Assembly: GCA_041571435.1 (NCBI GenBank)
Contig: JBFFUI010000035.1
Span: 1 to 24,515, forward strand
DNA: 24,515 nt
Source of the DNA: Sulfurimonadaceae bacterium
Lineage (GTDB): Bacteria; Campylobacterota; Campylobacteria; Campylobacterales; Sulfurimonadaceae
Reading direction: 5' to 3'
Part shown: positions 1 through 9,068 of the stretch, in pieces
Numbering within the stretch: the first letter of the stretch is position 1
Layout of the letters: each line of letters opens with the position of its first letter
Position numbers and translations under genes: made by a program
The notes under the pieces: model-generated
What the model was told of the DNA's origin: nothing
Database searches by the model: none
Seen by the model: only the letters and a program-made list of their open reading frames with translations

Positions 1-2159
1 ACATCATTCTCAGTCACACCACCCACACCGGATGAGATCACTTCGACTTTGACTTCGTCATTACGTAGTTCGCTCAGACTTGTCTTGATTGCTTCAAGAG
101 AACCATGGACATCGGTCTTAAGCACCACTTTCAATGATTTGAGGTTACCCTCTGCGATCAATGCCGTAAGCTCGTCAAGTGATGTCTTAGTACTTGCGGA
201 AAGCTCTTTCATACGGTCATATTCTGCACGTTTAGTTGCCAGTTCACGCGTCTCTTTGTCCGAGTCCATCGCGATCATAACTTCACCAGAAGGTGGAACC
301 GTGTTAAGCCCAACAACGACAGCTGTGTCGGAAAGACCCAGTGACTTGACCATCTTCTTTTGATCATTGATCATTGCTTTGACACGACCGTAAGCGCTAC
401 CGCAGACAACATTGTCGCCGACTTTAAGCGTTCCGTTTTGAACGATAACCGTTGCTACAGGACCGCGCCCTTTTTCAACAGAACTTTCAACAACAACTGC
501 TTTTGCTTTGGCATTCGGGTTCGCTTTAAGTTCAAGAACTTCAGCTGTCAGAAGGATGTTTTCAAGCAGATCCTCGATACCTTCGCCTGTCTTGGCAGAA
601 ACCGGAACGAACTCAATATCACCGCCCCAATCGACCGGCGTCATCTCACGCTCAGCCATCTGGCCTTTGACCAGTTCAGGGTTTGCCGACTCTTTATCCA
701 TCTTGTTGACCGCAACAATGACTGGAACACCAGCTTCTTTAGCGTGTTTGATCGCCTCTTCCGTTTGCGGTTTAACACCGTCGTCCGCAGCAACAACGAT
801 AATAATGATATCCGTCACTTCTGAACCGCGTTTACGCATCGCAGAGAATGCCGCGTGACCCGGAGTATCCAGGAAGGTGATCTGTTTACCGTTCTTCTCA
901 ATCGAGTAGGCGCCGATATGCTGGGTGATCCCGCCGGCTTCGCCGCTTGCGACACGTGCACTGCGGATCGCATCCAGAAGTGATGTCTTACCGTGGTCGA
1001 CGTGACCCATGATCGTAATAACCGGCGGACGTTCTTGAAGATTTTCATCTACAACTTCTGCCTCATCATACTCTTCTTCATAGTTAAAGGCATCTCTTGG
1101 ATCGATCGTTGTCACTTCAACGCCGAACTCTTCGGCAAGGATCTCGATCTCATCTTTTTTCAGGAAGTCATTTTTCGTGACCATCATACCGAGTTCAAAC
1201 AGGACCTTGATGACATCGGACATACTTTTTCCGATCGCCTCTGCAAACTCATAAACACGGATATCTTCAGGAATCTCTACGTGCGTAATAATCTCATCTT
1301 CAACAGTCTTAGTATATTTTTTACGTTTGCCACGAGAGACTTGACGGCCTCGACCCTGGCCTCTGTTTTGGCCTGCTTTCGGGTTACGGCCGACAGGACG
1401 TGGTTGACGTGGTTTTTTAGGCTCTTCTTTAGGGATCTCTTTATCAATCTCTTTAAGGTCAAGCAATACAACTTGATCCTCTTCATAATCCATAGAGACA
1501 TCCGACATGCTTCCGCCGAAGATGTCAATGGCTTGCCCTGTAGATTTTTTGGCAGCACCGCCTTTGCTTTTTTTCTTCGCCTTACGTTCTTGAAGCTCTT
1601 TGAGAACATCTTCACTGACTTTTCCATATGAAGAGACTTTCAAAGCTTCTGATGATGCTGATGCCGCATTGGCGTTAGTGTCAATCTTCGGCTTCTTCTT
1701 TTTAACGATCTTCAGACCCGAACGTTTGATTGGTGCGGCCTTAGGTGCTTCGGCTGCAGCCTCCTTCTCGGCAGGCGCCTTTTCAGCTGCTTTTTCAGGA
1801 GCTTTTTCGGCTTTTTCTTCAACAGGTTTTGTCGCTGCAGGCGCTTTCTCAGCTTCCACTTTTTCAGCAGGCTTTTCTTCTGCCTCTGCTTTCTTTTCGC
1901 TCACTGCTGTTTTTTCTTCATTTTCAGGAGCATTTTCTTCTTTTTTCGCTGCTTTTTTCACAGTAACTTTAGGTGTTGCAGGCTTTGGAGCAGGTGCACC
2001 ATTGATAATATAGTTCGCTATCTGTTCTGCATCATTCATTGATACGGAAGAAGAAGCTGTCTTAATATCTAACCCCATTTCTGCGGCTTTGGCTACAACT
2101 TCTTTTGAATCGATACCGAGTTCTTTAGCAATCTCGTGTACTCTAACTTTGTCTGACAT
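1..2159 (-). CDS. infB: Translation initiation factor IF-2 (3' end outside window)
   Basis: Missing from the ORF track because it has no stop in the window. Manual translation from ATG 2159 ([15 protein letters not shown]) stays open to base 1, with G-domain motifs [43 protein letters not shown] and VNKMD. AAGGAG lies 10 nt upstream, and the start overlaps the ylxR 3' end. Confidence 0.98.
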   Translation of the reverse strand, partial: MSDKVRVHEIAKELGIDSKEVVAKAAEMGLDIKTASSSVSMNDAEQIANYIINGAPAPKPATPKVTVKKAAKKEENAPENEEKTAVSEKKAEAEEKPAEKVEAEKAPAATKPVEEKAEKAPEKAAEKAPAEKEAAAEAPKAAPIKRSGLKIVKKKKPKIDTNANAASASSEALKVSSYGKVSEDVLKELQERKAKKKSKGGAAKKSTGQAIDIFGGSMSDVSMDYEEDQVVLLDLKEIDKEIPKEEPKKPRQPRPVGRNPKAGQNRGQGRGRQVSRGKRKKYTKTVEDEIITHVEIPEDIRVYEFAEAIGKSMSDVIKVLFELGMMVTKNDFLKKDEIEILAEEFGVEVTTIDPRDAFNYEEEYDEAEVVDENLQERPPVITIMGHVDHGKTSLLDAIRSARVASGEAGGITQHIGAYSIEKNGKQITFLDTPGHAAFSAMRKRGSEVTDIIIIVVAADDGVKPQTEEAIKHAKEAGVPVIVAVNKMDKESANPELVKGQMAEREMTPVDWGGDIEFVPVSAKTGEGIEDLLENILLTAEVLELKANPNAKAKAVVVESSVEKGRGPVATVIVQNGTLKVGDNVVCGSAYGRVKAMINDQKKMVKSLGLSDTAVVVGLNTVPPSGEVMIAMDSDKETRELATKRAEYDRMKELSASTKTSLDELTALIAEGNLKSLKVVLKTDVHGSLEAIKTSLSELRNDEVKVEVISSGVGGVTEND
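1745..1950 (-). repeat. Low-complexity Ala/Glu/Lys/Pro linker of IF-2 with repeated AEKAP units
   Basis: Translation reads ...[44 protein letters not shown].... Near-identical DNA copies gcaggcgccttttcagc (1771-1787) and gcaggcgctttctcagc (1837-1853). Boundaries approximate. Confidence 0.7.
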
Positions 2160-2406
2160 CAGCGATGATCTCCTTTAATTGGGTCGAGAGGTAATGCATA
2201 TCCCCACTTTTACATACTCGGGCCAGGGCACGAGTCACTTTCTTCTCATTTTCAACACATTCAAAACAGAGATAAAAACTCCGTCCCGAACCGCTGTAAG
2301 AGCTAAGATGCTGCTGCTCGCATTGTAGACGCAAGAGCGCCTTCTGCGCAAAGCGTTCACGGCAAGCAACACACATCCTTTGGGGATAGTTTACAATTGG
2401 CGCCAT
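2143..2406 (-). CDS. ylxR: YlxR/DUF448 family RNA-binding protein
   Basis: [17 protein letters not shown] motifs and position directly upstream of infB. Start moved to ATG 2406 (AAGGAAG upstream), but the start is uncertain (see findings). Confidence 0.85.
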   Translation of the reverse strand: MAPIVNYPQRMCVACRERFAQKALLRLQCEQQHLSSYSGSGRSFYLCFECVENEKKVTRALARVCKSGDMHYLSTQLKEIIADVRQS

Positions 2407-2456
2407 TATATCTAAATCTTCCTTGAAATACGGGAGAAGTCTAAAAACCAAACGTA

Positions 2457-3338
2457 TTAACGTTCAGTTATGATCCCGTGGTTGTCAAAATCCAAAGTTT
2501 TGACATTGTAGTCTGGGTATTGTCGTGAAAAAAGTTCCTGCAGTTTAGGAGCATCCTCATCATAGACCATTGAAAAAAAGGTGGAACCTGAGCCTGAAAG
2601 CGTACTCATAAGCGCACCCTGTTCATATGCCGTTTTCTGAATAGCAAAAAGCTCTGGCAACATCTTCATACGAACCTTCTGATGGAAACGGTCCTGGGTC
2701 GCAAGACGTAGCATCTCCCAATCCTCGTTAAAAAATGCCGCCACCGTCAATGCCGTGTGGGAGAGGTTGAAAACTGCATTCTCTTTAGAGTACGAACGCG
2801 GCAGGGTTGTACGTGACTTGGCAGTCGAGATCGGCTTGTTCGGAATGACGACAACCGCTTTGATGTAATCGGGAAGATGCTTTTTCTGTGAAAAGACCTT
2901 CTGCTTTTCAACCGTAGCCGCATTAAACCCGCCCATCACAGCAGGTGTAATGTTATCCGGATGGGCTTCATACACAAGGGCATGGTTCAGGATGCGACGC
3001 TTGGACACACGGACCCCGGCCGCCTCGTGAGCCGTTGCGATCGCCGCTACAATGACGGCTGATGAACTGCCCAAACCGCGTGAAAGCGGAATATTGTTGT
3101 AAAAAGTAAACTTGAAATTTTGTCGTTTACTGGTCAGACGCTTGTAGTGCTCATTAAAGATACTGACAAAAAGGTTGTTGCCTTTAAGACGGGGGTTGCC
3201 CTCGCCTTCGCCCTTTATGTTGACACTGAAAAAACGCGAAGGTTTGAACTCAACCTTGTTGCGTAGGTCTACGGCCAGCCCTAGAGAGTCAAATCCTGGT
3301 CCTAGGTTTGCGCTGGTTGCAGGTACACTTATTGTCAC
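2457..3338 (-). CDS. thrB: Homoserine kinase
   Basis: [19 protein letters not shown]-terminus, GHMP motif [16 protein letters not shown] and LSGSGST. GTG start with AAGGA upstream. Confidence 0.97.
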   Translation of the reverse strand: MTISVPATSANLGPGFDSLGLAVDLRNKVEFKPSRFFSVNIKGEGEGNPRLKGNNLFVSIFNEHYKRLTSKRQNFKFTFYNNIPLSRGLGSSSAVIVAAIATAHEAAGVRVSKRRILNHALVYEAHPDNITPAVMGGFNAATVEKQKVFSQKKHLPDYIKAVVVIPNKPISTAKSRTTLPRSYSKENAVFNLSHTALTVAAFFNEDWEMLRLATQDRFHQKVRMKMLPELFAIQKTAYEQGALMSTLSGSGSTFFSMVYDEDAPKLQELFSRQYPDYNVKTLDFDNHGIITER

Positions 3339-3347
3339 TTATTTTCC

Positions 3348-3800
3348 TTATCCTACTGCGCCGATGCCATAAAAAGGCGCCGTATCTTGACTAAAATCTT
3401 CTAAAATTAATTGTTGGGGCAGAGTAAACTTCATTGCAGGTACTTCGCTGAGGGCCTCTGTCTCGATTGTATCCCTATTTTTAACAAAATAGAGCTTTCC
3501 AACTGCTTTTATTGGAGCATTGTCGTTAAAGTAAAATGCATCTGTTGCCAAAAGGGATATATTTTTGACGATACAGAGTGTACGCAGAAATATAAAGCTC
3601 ACTTTGATCGCCATAAAACTGCCGGGTCCTTTGGCATAAACGATATGATCGATCTCATATCTGTCAAGAAGAGTCTCAAAAAGTTCCGGCAGGATCTCAG
3701 AACTCCGCTCTTCACTTTTGATCGTCTCTATAAGTTCTCTGTCTTTATAGACACCGATGATAATCGGCGAGGTCAATGCAATGACGACAAGATCATGCAT
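3348..3800 (-). CDS. tsaB: Short TsaB/YeaZ-like glycoprotease-family protein (t6A biosynthesis accessory)
   Basis: GPGSFMAIKV resembles the TsaB GPGSFTGxR motif. The lpxC-this gene-thrB order is the one I know from Campylobacter/Helicobacter. Start set at ATG 3800 (MHDLVVIAL), overlapping the lpxC stop. Confidence 0.75.
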   Translation of the reverse strand: MHDLVVIALTSPIIIGVYKDRELIETIKSEERSSEILPELFETLLDRYEIDHIVYAKGPGSFMAIKVSFIFLRTLCIVKNISLLATDAFYFNDNAPIKAVGKLYFVKNRDTIETEALSEVPAMKFTLPQQLILEDFSQDTAPFYGIGAVG

Positions 3801-4677
3801 AGGCTTTTGCCATCTCCTTCTCCTCGGCACCGGAGAGTTCAACAACTTCATAGTTTTCAGGGTCTTTCAAAAGCGCAAGAGTAAGCTTGTGGTTAAGATC
3901 ATGACTACCGGCAAATGCCTCATATGAACCGATAAAGTTCAGTCCCAGCAGTGACATATCGCCTATGGCGTCCAATATCTTGTGACGTACAAATTCGTCT
4001 GTGTAACGCAGCCCCTCGGGATTCATCACTTTTTTGTCATCCAGACCGACGGCATTGTCAAGGCTGGCACCCAGCGCCAGTCCTTTTGACTGAAGGTACT
4101 GCATCTCATGTAAAAAACCGAACGTTCTTGCACGGGAGATCTCATGTTTGTAGTTGACCTTGTTAAAGTTGAGAACAAAACTCTGCTCCGCAATAACCGG
4201 ATGCGCGAACTTGATGGTAAAGTCGTATTTCAGATCATTTGATGGAATAAGCTTGACATATTTGTCACCCTCTTTAACGGTGACCTCTTTTTTGATACGG
4301 ATGATCTTTTTAGGCACATTCTGGTTTTGAATACCCGCTTCATCGAGCAAAATACAGAAACTGGCACTTGAGCCGTCCATGACCGGGATCTCATCAGCAT
4401 CGACAACGACACGCAGATTATCGATACCGTAGGCATAAACAGCAGAAAGAAGGTGTTCGATCGTAGAGATGAAATGCCCTTCGCGACCGATGACTGTTGC
4501 CATCTTTGTATCAACAACATTTTCCGGTTTCAGGGGTATTGAGACCTCAACATCTTTGCGGTAAAAGACAATACCGCTGTTGGCTTCAAGAGGTTCAAGA
4601 CGCAGACGAACCGGATTGCCTTTATGAAGGCCTATCCCGACAAGTTCAACTGCTTTTTTAATTGTCATTTGTGTCAC
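3793..4677 (-). CDS. lpxC: UDP-3-O-acyl-N-acetylglucosamine deacetylase
   Basis: GIGLHKG, ISTIEHLLSA, PVMDGSS, ARTFGF, EFVRHKILDAIGD (HKxxD zinc motif) and AGSHDLN. GTG start with AAGGA 5 nt upstream. Confidence 0.98.
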   Translation of the reverse strand: MTQMTIKKAVELVGIGLHKGNPVRLRLEPLEANSGIVFYRKDVEVSIPLKPENVVDTKMATVIGREGHFISTIEHLLSAVYAYGIDNLRVVVDADEIPVMDGSSASFCILLDEAGIQNQNVPKKIIRIKKEVTVKEGDKYVKLIPSNDLKYDFTIKFAHPVIAEQSFVLNFNKVNYKHEISRARTFGFLHEMQYLQSKGLALGASLDNAVGLDDKKVMNPEGLRYTDEFVRHKILDAIGDMSLLGLNFIGSYEAFAGSHDLNHKLTLALLKDPENYEVVELSGAEEKEMAKAYA

Positions 4678-4735
4678 TTAAATCCTTCTTACATCAATAA
4701 CTGATTACACACACTTTGTGCTTATTATATGCTCC

Positions 4736-4744
4736 ATTATAGCA
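4736..4744 (-). promoter_or_regulatory. Extended -10 promoter element (TGCTATAAT) for lpxC-tsaB-thrB
   Basis: Perfect TGnTATAAT in the M23-lpxC spacer, about 60 nt upstream of the lpxC start. A second TATAAT sits at 4724-4729. Confidence 0.7.
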
Positions 4745-4798
4745 AAATATTATTGCTTTGGCACCAGCACCGCCGGATTAACAACTCGCGTTAAGGTT

Positions 4799-6163
4799 TT
4801 AGCGCTGGTTGATCAGCTTTCTCGCTTCACGCATCGGGTCCGTAATGCTTTTTCGGATCCAATCCTGATCCATCCACTCCTGCGGACGGACCTCGATACC
4901 CTGGACTAGTACACCGAAGTGGAGATGGTCACCCATAGCGTAACCGCTGCGACCTGTTTTGCCGACCGTCTCGTTGGAACGAAGCGAATCGCCCTCTTTG
5001 ACCATCATAGCGGAACAGTGTCCGTAGATCGTATAGAGTCCGAGTCCATGGTAGAGAACCGGCATGTTTCCATAGATCCCGTTCTCTTCCGCAAAGGTAA
5101 CAACGGCCGGGTTTTGCGTCAGGATCGGTGACATCGCGTTGCTTGCCAGATCCAGTCCAAGGTGATACGCTTCAGAGACCTGACTGCCCTGGTATGAGTA
5201 GATGCGGTGATCGCCGAACTGTGCAACGACCTCTGCGTTTTTAAGCGGGTACATCTTTTTGATAGGGAAGTTGTTCACCATTGTGTCGCTTACTTTTGAC
5301 GTAAGCGTATGGATCAGTTCCTCGTTTCTTTTACGCATCTCTTCATTCACAAACTTAAAACGTTCGATCAGATCCGCACCGTCTTCGGCACCGTATGCAT
5401 ATGCCAGTTCGGACACCTTTCCGTTGAGGAAATTATCACTCAAGCTAATCCTTGAGATCTTATAGTTTTTGTTATACGGGATAACAGGCACGGATGTTTT
5501 AGCGACGTTGCCGGCACTGTCTTTTGCTATGATCGTAGCACGGAACGTCTCTTCTGTCACCGGCCAGGCGATCAAAGTCACATAGTAGCCCTCTTTATAA
5601 AAGGGCTGTGCGGTGAAACGTTTGCCAAAGTTCGTCTCAACATAAAACGACTCCATATTGTCATCTTCCGCCTTGAAGATAACAACGGCCGAGCCGCCTT
5701 TGATAATACGGTAAGATGAAGCGATCGTAGAGAGATAAGGACGTTTTTTATCGACCTGCAGTGTCGTCGTTTCAGATGCGGTGTTACCGGCAAAGAAGTT
5801 CCATTTGCTGGCATCTGTGGCTTCTACCGTGATCGTCACTTCTTTGTTTTTCAGTGCATAGACGCGTTTCGGTGTTGTCAACTCCAGCGTCTGCGTGCTT
5901 TGGGGCGCTTCGAACTCCTCATCCGCTAAAACAAACTGTTCATTGCCGCTTTGAAGTGTCACCTTGTAGGACATAAGCCCGCTGGCATCATCAATCTTGA
6001 CAGCCAAAGGAGCACGGAGGTTCCAAAAACCGCTATTATCGATCGTAATCACTGGCTTTTCACGTTCGAACATCGCTGAGTTATACAGGTAGACAATCCC
6101 ACCGATTATTGCCAGAAAGGCAACGCTGACTATCACTGAACCAAAATTTGATCTTTTTCTCAT
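4799..6163 (-). CDS. Membrane-anchored M23 family metallopeptidase
   Basis: N-terminal TM helix and a C-terminal LytM domain with HLGLD (HxxxD), YGN, YGH, TGRSG and HLHF (HxH). ATGA overlap with the DHH gene, AGAGGAG RBS. Confidence 0.93.
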   Translation of the reverse strand: MRKRSNFGSVIVSVAFLAIIGGIVYLYNSAMFEREKPVITIDNSGFWNLRAPLAVKIDDASGLMSYKVTLQSGNEQFVLADEEFEAPQSTQTLELTTPKRVYALKNKEVTITVEATDASKWNFFAGNTASETTTLQVDKKRPYLSTIASSYRIIKGGSAVVIFKAEDDNMESFYVETNFGKRFTAQPFYKEGYYVTLIAWPVTEETFRATIIAKDSAGNVAKTSVPVIPYNKNYKISRISLSDNFLNGKVSELAYAYGAEDGADLIERFKFVNEEMRKRNEELIHTLTSKVSDTMVNNFPIKKMYPLKNAEVVAQFGDHRIYSYQGSQVSEAYHLGLDLASNAMSPILTQNPAVVTFAEENGIYGNMPVLYHGLGLYTIYGHCSAMMVKEGDSLRSNETVGKTGRSGYAMGDHLHFGVLVQGIEVRPQEWMDQDWIRKSITDPMREARKLINQR

Positions 6164-7089
6164 CTAAACTCCTCTTTAATCAGACTGATTACTTTATCTT
6201 TCACTGCATCCAGCGATCCCGCTTGGATATCAAAGCCGGCAGCATGCATATGCCCGCCGCCACCGAAATGCTTTGCGATAACCTCAACATCGATATCACC
6301 GCGAGAACGCAATGACCCTTTTAGTGTACCGTTACGGTTTTCTCGCAGCATCAGCGCCACCTCAACGTGAGGCAACCCCATACTCTCCTCAAGCGGCGCT
6401 TCACAATCAACCTCACGGCCGCCTGTTTGTGCCATCATCTCTTTTGTGACCAGATGAACGACGAGCCTGGCATCAAAAAGCAAATGCATCTTTGATAACA
6501 TCAAACCCTTTAGACGCAATGCTGCCAGGGAGTGCTGATGGAACAGTTCGTCGGCACACTCGGACAGTGCCGCTTTCGCCTCTATCAGCTCTGCTGCCAT
6601 GGCGAACGAACGGGTATTTGTCTTTGGTGCCAAAAACCCGTGTGAATCGTCCAAAAGACCGGCATAGAGTGCTGTCGCCATCTTCGGGTTTATCTTTATA
6701 CCCTTCTCACGAAAGGCATCAAAAAGGACCTGTGTTGTACTGATCGCTGTTGTATCTATGACATTGATATCACCGTAGCGTTCATTGCTCTTATGATGAT
6801 CGACATTGATCAGCGAGCAGCTGATATCAACACCAAGCCGCTTGTATGCCCCGCAATCAAAACCTATCGCAAGATCGGCACTTGCAGGGAATTGATGACG
6901 GATTTTATCAAACCATGGTAAAAATGCCAAACGGGGGTTTATCCGCTCGGTCACGCAAAAAAGCGTCACCTTTTTTTCCAGGCGCATCAGATGTGTGTAC
7001 ATCGCCGACGCTGCACCTAAGGAATCAGCATCTGGATTGATATGTGCGATAAGGACAATATGCTCGGCATTTTCTATGGTTTCAAACAA
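6160..7089 (-). CDS. DHH/DHHA1 phosphoesterase, NrnA-like oligoribonuclease/pAp phosphatase
   Basis: HINPDADSLG, FDCG, NVDHH, SLRS and GGGGHMHAAG motifs. TTG start. Confidence 0.9.
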   Translation of the reverse strand: MFETIENAEHIVLIAHINPDADSLGAASAMYTHLMRLEKKVTLFCVTERINPRLAFLPWFDKIRHQFPASADLAIGFDCGAYKRLGVDISCSLINVDHHKSNERYGDINVIDTTAISTTQVLFDAFREKGIKINPKMATALYAGLLDDSHGFLAPKTNTRSFAMAAELIEAKAALSECADELFHQHSLAALRLKGLMLSKMHLLFDARLVVHLVTKEMMAQTGGREVDCEAPLEESMGLPHVEVALMLRENRNGTLKGSLRSRGDIDVEVIAKHFGGGGHMHAAGFDIQAGSLDAVKDKVISLIKEEFR

Positions 7090-7096
7090 AATCTGC

Positions 7097-7909
7097 CTAA
7101 TTGACTTTCATTGAGAGGTCGATCCAGTTGGCCTGGTGGATCAACGCACCCGAGCTGATGGCATCCACACCTGTTTTTGCATACGCTTCTATGGTCTCCA
7201 GAGAGATATTGCCGCTGGCTTCCAGCAGGATGCCCGGGTAGTTCTCTTTTTTATATTGCACGACCTCCGAAAGTTGTTCCGGTGTCATATTGTCACACAT
7301 TACGATGTCTGCACCTGCGGCCATAAAAAGCTTTGCCTGCTCAAAGCTCTCTGCTTCGATCTCTATTTTCGACGTAAAAGGGATGGCCTGTCGCGCTTTG
7401 GCCATAAACGCTGGAAGGTCCTCGATCGTCTTCAGATGGGTATCTTTTAACATCAGACAGTCGTCCAGCCCCATTCTATGGTTGACCGCCCCGCCGCAGC
7501 GTGTAGCATACTTCTCAAAAACACGCAGCATAGGGCGGGTTTTGCGCGTATCAAGCAGACGGGTACCATACGGTGCGACTATATCGGCAAACTTACGGGT
7601 CAACGTCGCTATTGATGAGGCATGAAGCAGCATATTCAGTAGGGTGCGCTCGCACTTCAACAGCGTATGCGAATCACTCTCTACAACAGCGATCAGCTCA
7701 CCTTTTAAGAAGGTGTCACTGTCATGTTTATGCCAGGTAATGACCAATCCCTCTTCTTTGGCGAGCACATCACAATACTTCTCTCCGGCAAGTACGCCTT
7801 CGCTTTTTGCAATGATGTTGGCCGATGCTGCTTGCGGTTCAAAGACCAGCGCGTAAAGGTCGCCCCTGCCGACATCTTCCGCCAGTGTTTCCAGGACAAA
7901 TCTCTTCAT
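7097..7909 (-). CDS. nadC: Quinolinate phosphoribosyltransferase (nicotinate-nucleotide pyrophosphorylase)
   Basis: EDVGRGD, ERTLLN, DTRKT, NHRMGLDD, LKDTH, EIEAE, MCDN and EASGNI. Start set at ATG 7909, a TAATG overlap with the nadA stop. Confidence 0.97.
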   Translation of the reverse strand: MKRFVLETLAEDVGRGDLYALVFEPQAASANIIAKSEGVLAGEKYCDVLAKEEGLVITWHKHDSDTFLKGELIAVVESDSHTLLKCERTLLNMLLHASSIATLTRKFADIVAPYGTRLLDTRKTRPMLRVFEKYATRCGGAVNHRMGLDDCLMLKDTHLKTIEDLPAFMAKARQAIPFTSKIEIEAESFEQAKLFMAAGADIVMCDNMTPEQLSEVVQYKKENYPGILLEASGNISLETIEAYAKTGVDAISSGALIHQANWIDLSMKVN

Positions 7910-8907
7910 TACAGTGCCAACATCCGGTCTAAAGCGATCTTCGCCCATTTACGGGTCTCTTCATCAACAAAGATCTCATTGATAGGTTCACCGTCTTCAA
8001 TCGACTTAAGTGTCAGATAGAGATCTTCAAGTGTAGTCTCATTCATCGTCGGACACTCCGGTTTCGTCGAAGAGAGCACATAGGTATTTTTCGGGCGCAG
8101 GCGGTGGACCAGATTGAACTCGGTACCGACGGCCACTTTCTCTTCAGGGTCAAGGTCGGCGATGTACTTGATGATCTGTGACGTCGAACCAACAAAGTCA
8201 GATGCCTCACAGACGGCCGGGTCACATTCAGGGTGCGTCACGATCTTGATACCCGGATACTTTTTACGGTAAAAAGTGATGTCATCAACGGTAAAAAGCT
8301 GATGTACCGCACAAAAGCCGTTGTAACAGATAATATCCGCACTTGCAAGATCTTCATCCTCGCCGATCACGGCCGATTTAAGATCCATCATCCTGGCGAT
8401 ATTCTGACCCAGGCAGCGGTCGGGAACAAAGAGAATCTTTTTCCCCTCTTTCAGTGCATTCTCGATAATCATCTTCGCATTGGAGCTGGTACAGACCATG
8501 CCGCCCATCTTGCCGACTTTCGCTTTGACATCAGCATTGGAGTTAATATAGGTTATCGGCAGGATATCCTCTTTTTTAATCCCCTGCGCCTCCATCGCTT
8601 TGACCGCATCATCATAGTACATTGAGTCGATCATACGCGCCATTGAACAGCAAGCAAGTTTTGGCATTAACACACGCTTTTCAGGGCTCAGGACCTTAAC
8701 GCTCTGCCCCATAAAAGCGACCCCGCAGAAAACGACAAATTCCGAGTCATCTGCCATTGTCTTTTTTGCAAGTTCGAGCGAATCGCCTGTGATATCACCC
8801 ATCTCAAAGACCTCATCACGCTGATAAAAATGTGCAACAACCGTTACATCAAGGCGCTTTTTAAGGTCATTGATCTTCTCTTTGAGTTCTTCAGTTGTGT
8901 AGTTCAA
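7909..8907 (-). CDS. nadA: Quinolinate synthase
   Basis: AHFYQ, GDS, FCGVAFM, CSMA, YINS, CTSSNA, CAVH, HPEC, GST and CPTM (three Fe-S cysteines). TTG start with AAGGGA upstream. Confidence 0.97.
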   Translation of the reverse strand: MNYTTEELKEKINDLKKRLDVTVVAHFYQRDEVFEMGDITGDSLELAKKTMADDSEFVVFCGVAFMGQSVKVLSPEKRVLMPKLACCSMARMIDSMYYDDAVKAMEAQGIKKEDILPITYINSNADVKAKVGKMGGMVCTSSNAKMIIENALKEGKKILFVPDRCLGQNIARMMDLKSAVIGEDEDLASADIICYNGFCAVHQLFTVDDITFYRKKYPGIKIVTHPECDPAVCEASDFVGSTSQIIKYIADLDPEEKVAVGTEFNLVHRLRPKNTYVLSSTKPECPTMNETTLEDLYLTLKSIEDGEPINEIFVDEETRKWAKIALDRMLAL

Positions 8908-8960
8908 ACACGTCCCTTCTGCATAAAGTGTAATTGATACTTTATAGATATTATTTCGCG

Positions 8961-8969
8961 ATTATAACA
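8961..8969 (-). promoter_or_regulatory. Extended -10 promoter element (TGTTATAAT) for the nadA operon
   Basis: Perfect TGnTATAAT about 54 nt upstream of the nadA start, in the divergent nadA/plsY spacer. Confidence 0.72.
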
Positions 8970-9068
8970 AAGTTTGGGTTAGCACAGTTTTTCATTTGAT
9001 AATTTATCGATATATAACCCTTATTTATGTAGAATTCACCCACATTTCAAGTCAAGGTTATACTGTTT

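Noticed and set aside
1745..1950. Repeats in the infB 5' part as a CRISPR array or contingency locus
   Set aside because: They are degenerate, in-frame, coding repeats typical of the IF-2 linker, with no constant repeat/spacer structure and no cas genes.
49..2013. Several plus-strand ORFs (104-212 aa) and two short minus-strand ORFs over the left end
   Set aside because: They are antisense or alternate-frame shadows of infB, which translates continuously in one frame. There is no frameshift or pseudogene.
7910..7948. Longer N-termini given by the ORF track for nadC (also tsaB, ylxR, ferredoxin, tyrA and the last BatD-like gene)
   Set aside because: Downstream starts fit RBS placement, stop/start overlaps and family N-termini better.
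8996..9010. TTGAT-AATTT-ATCGA as an FNR box
   Set aside because: The spacer is 5 bp rather than 4 and the right half-site is imperfect.
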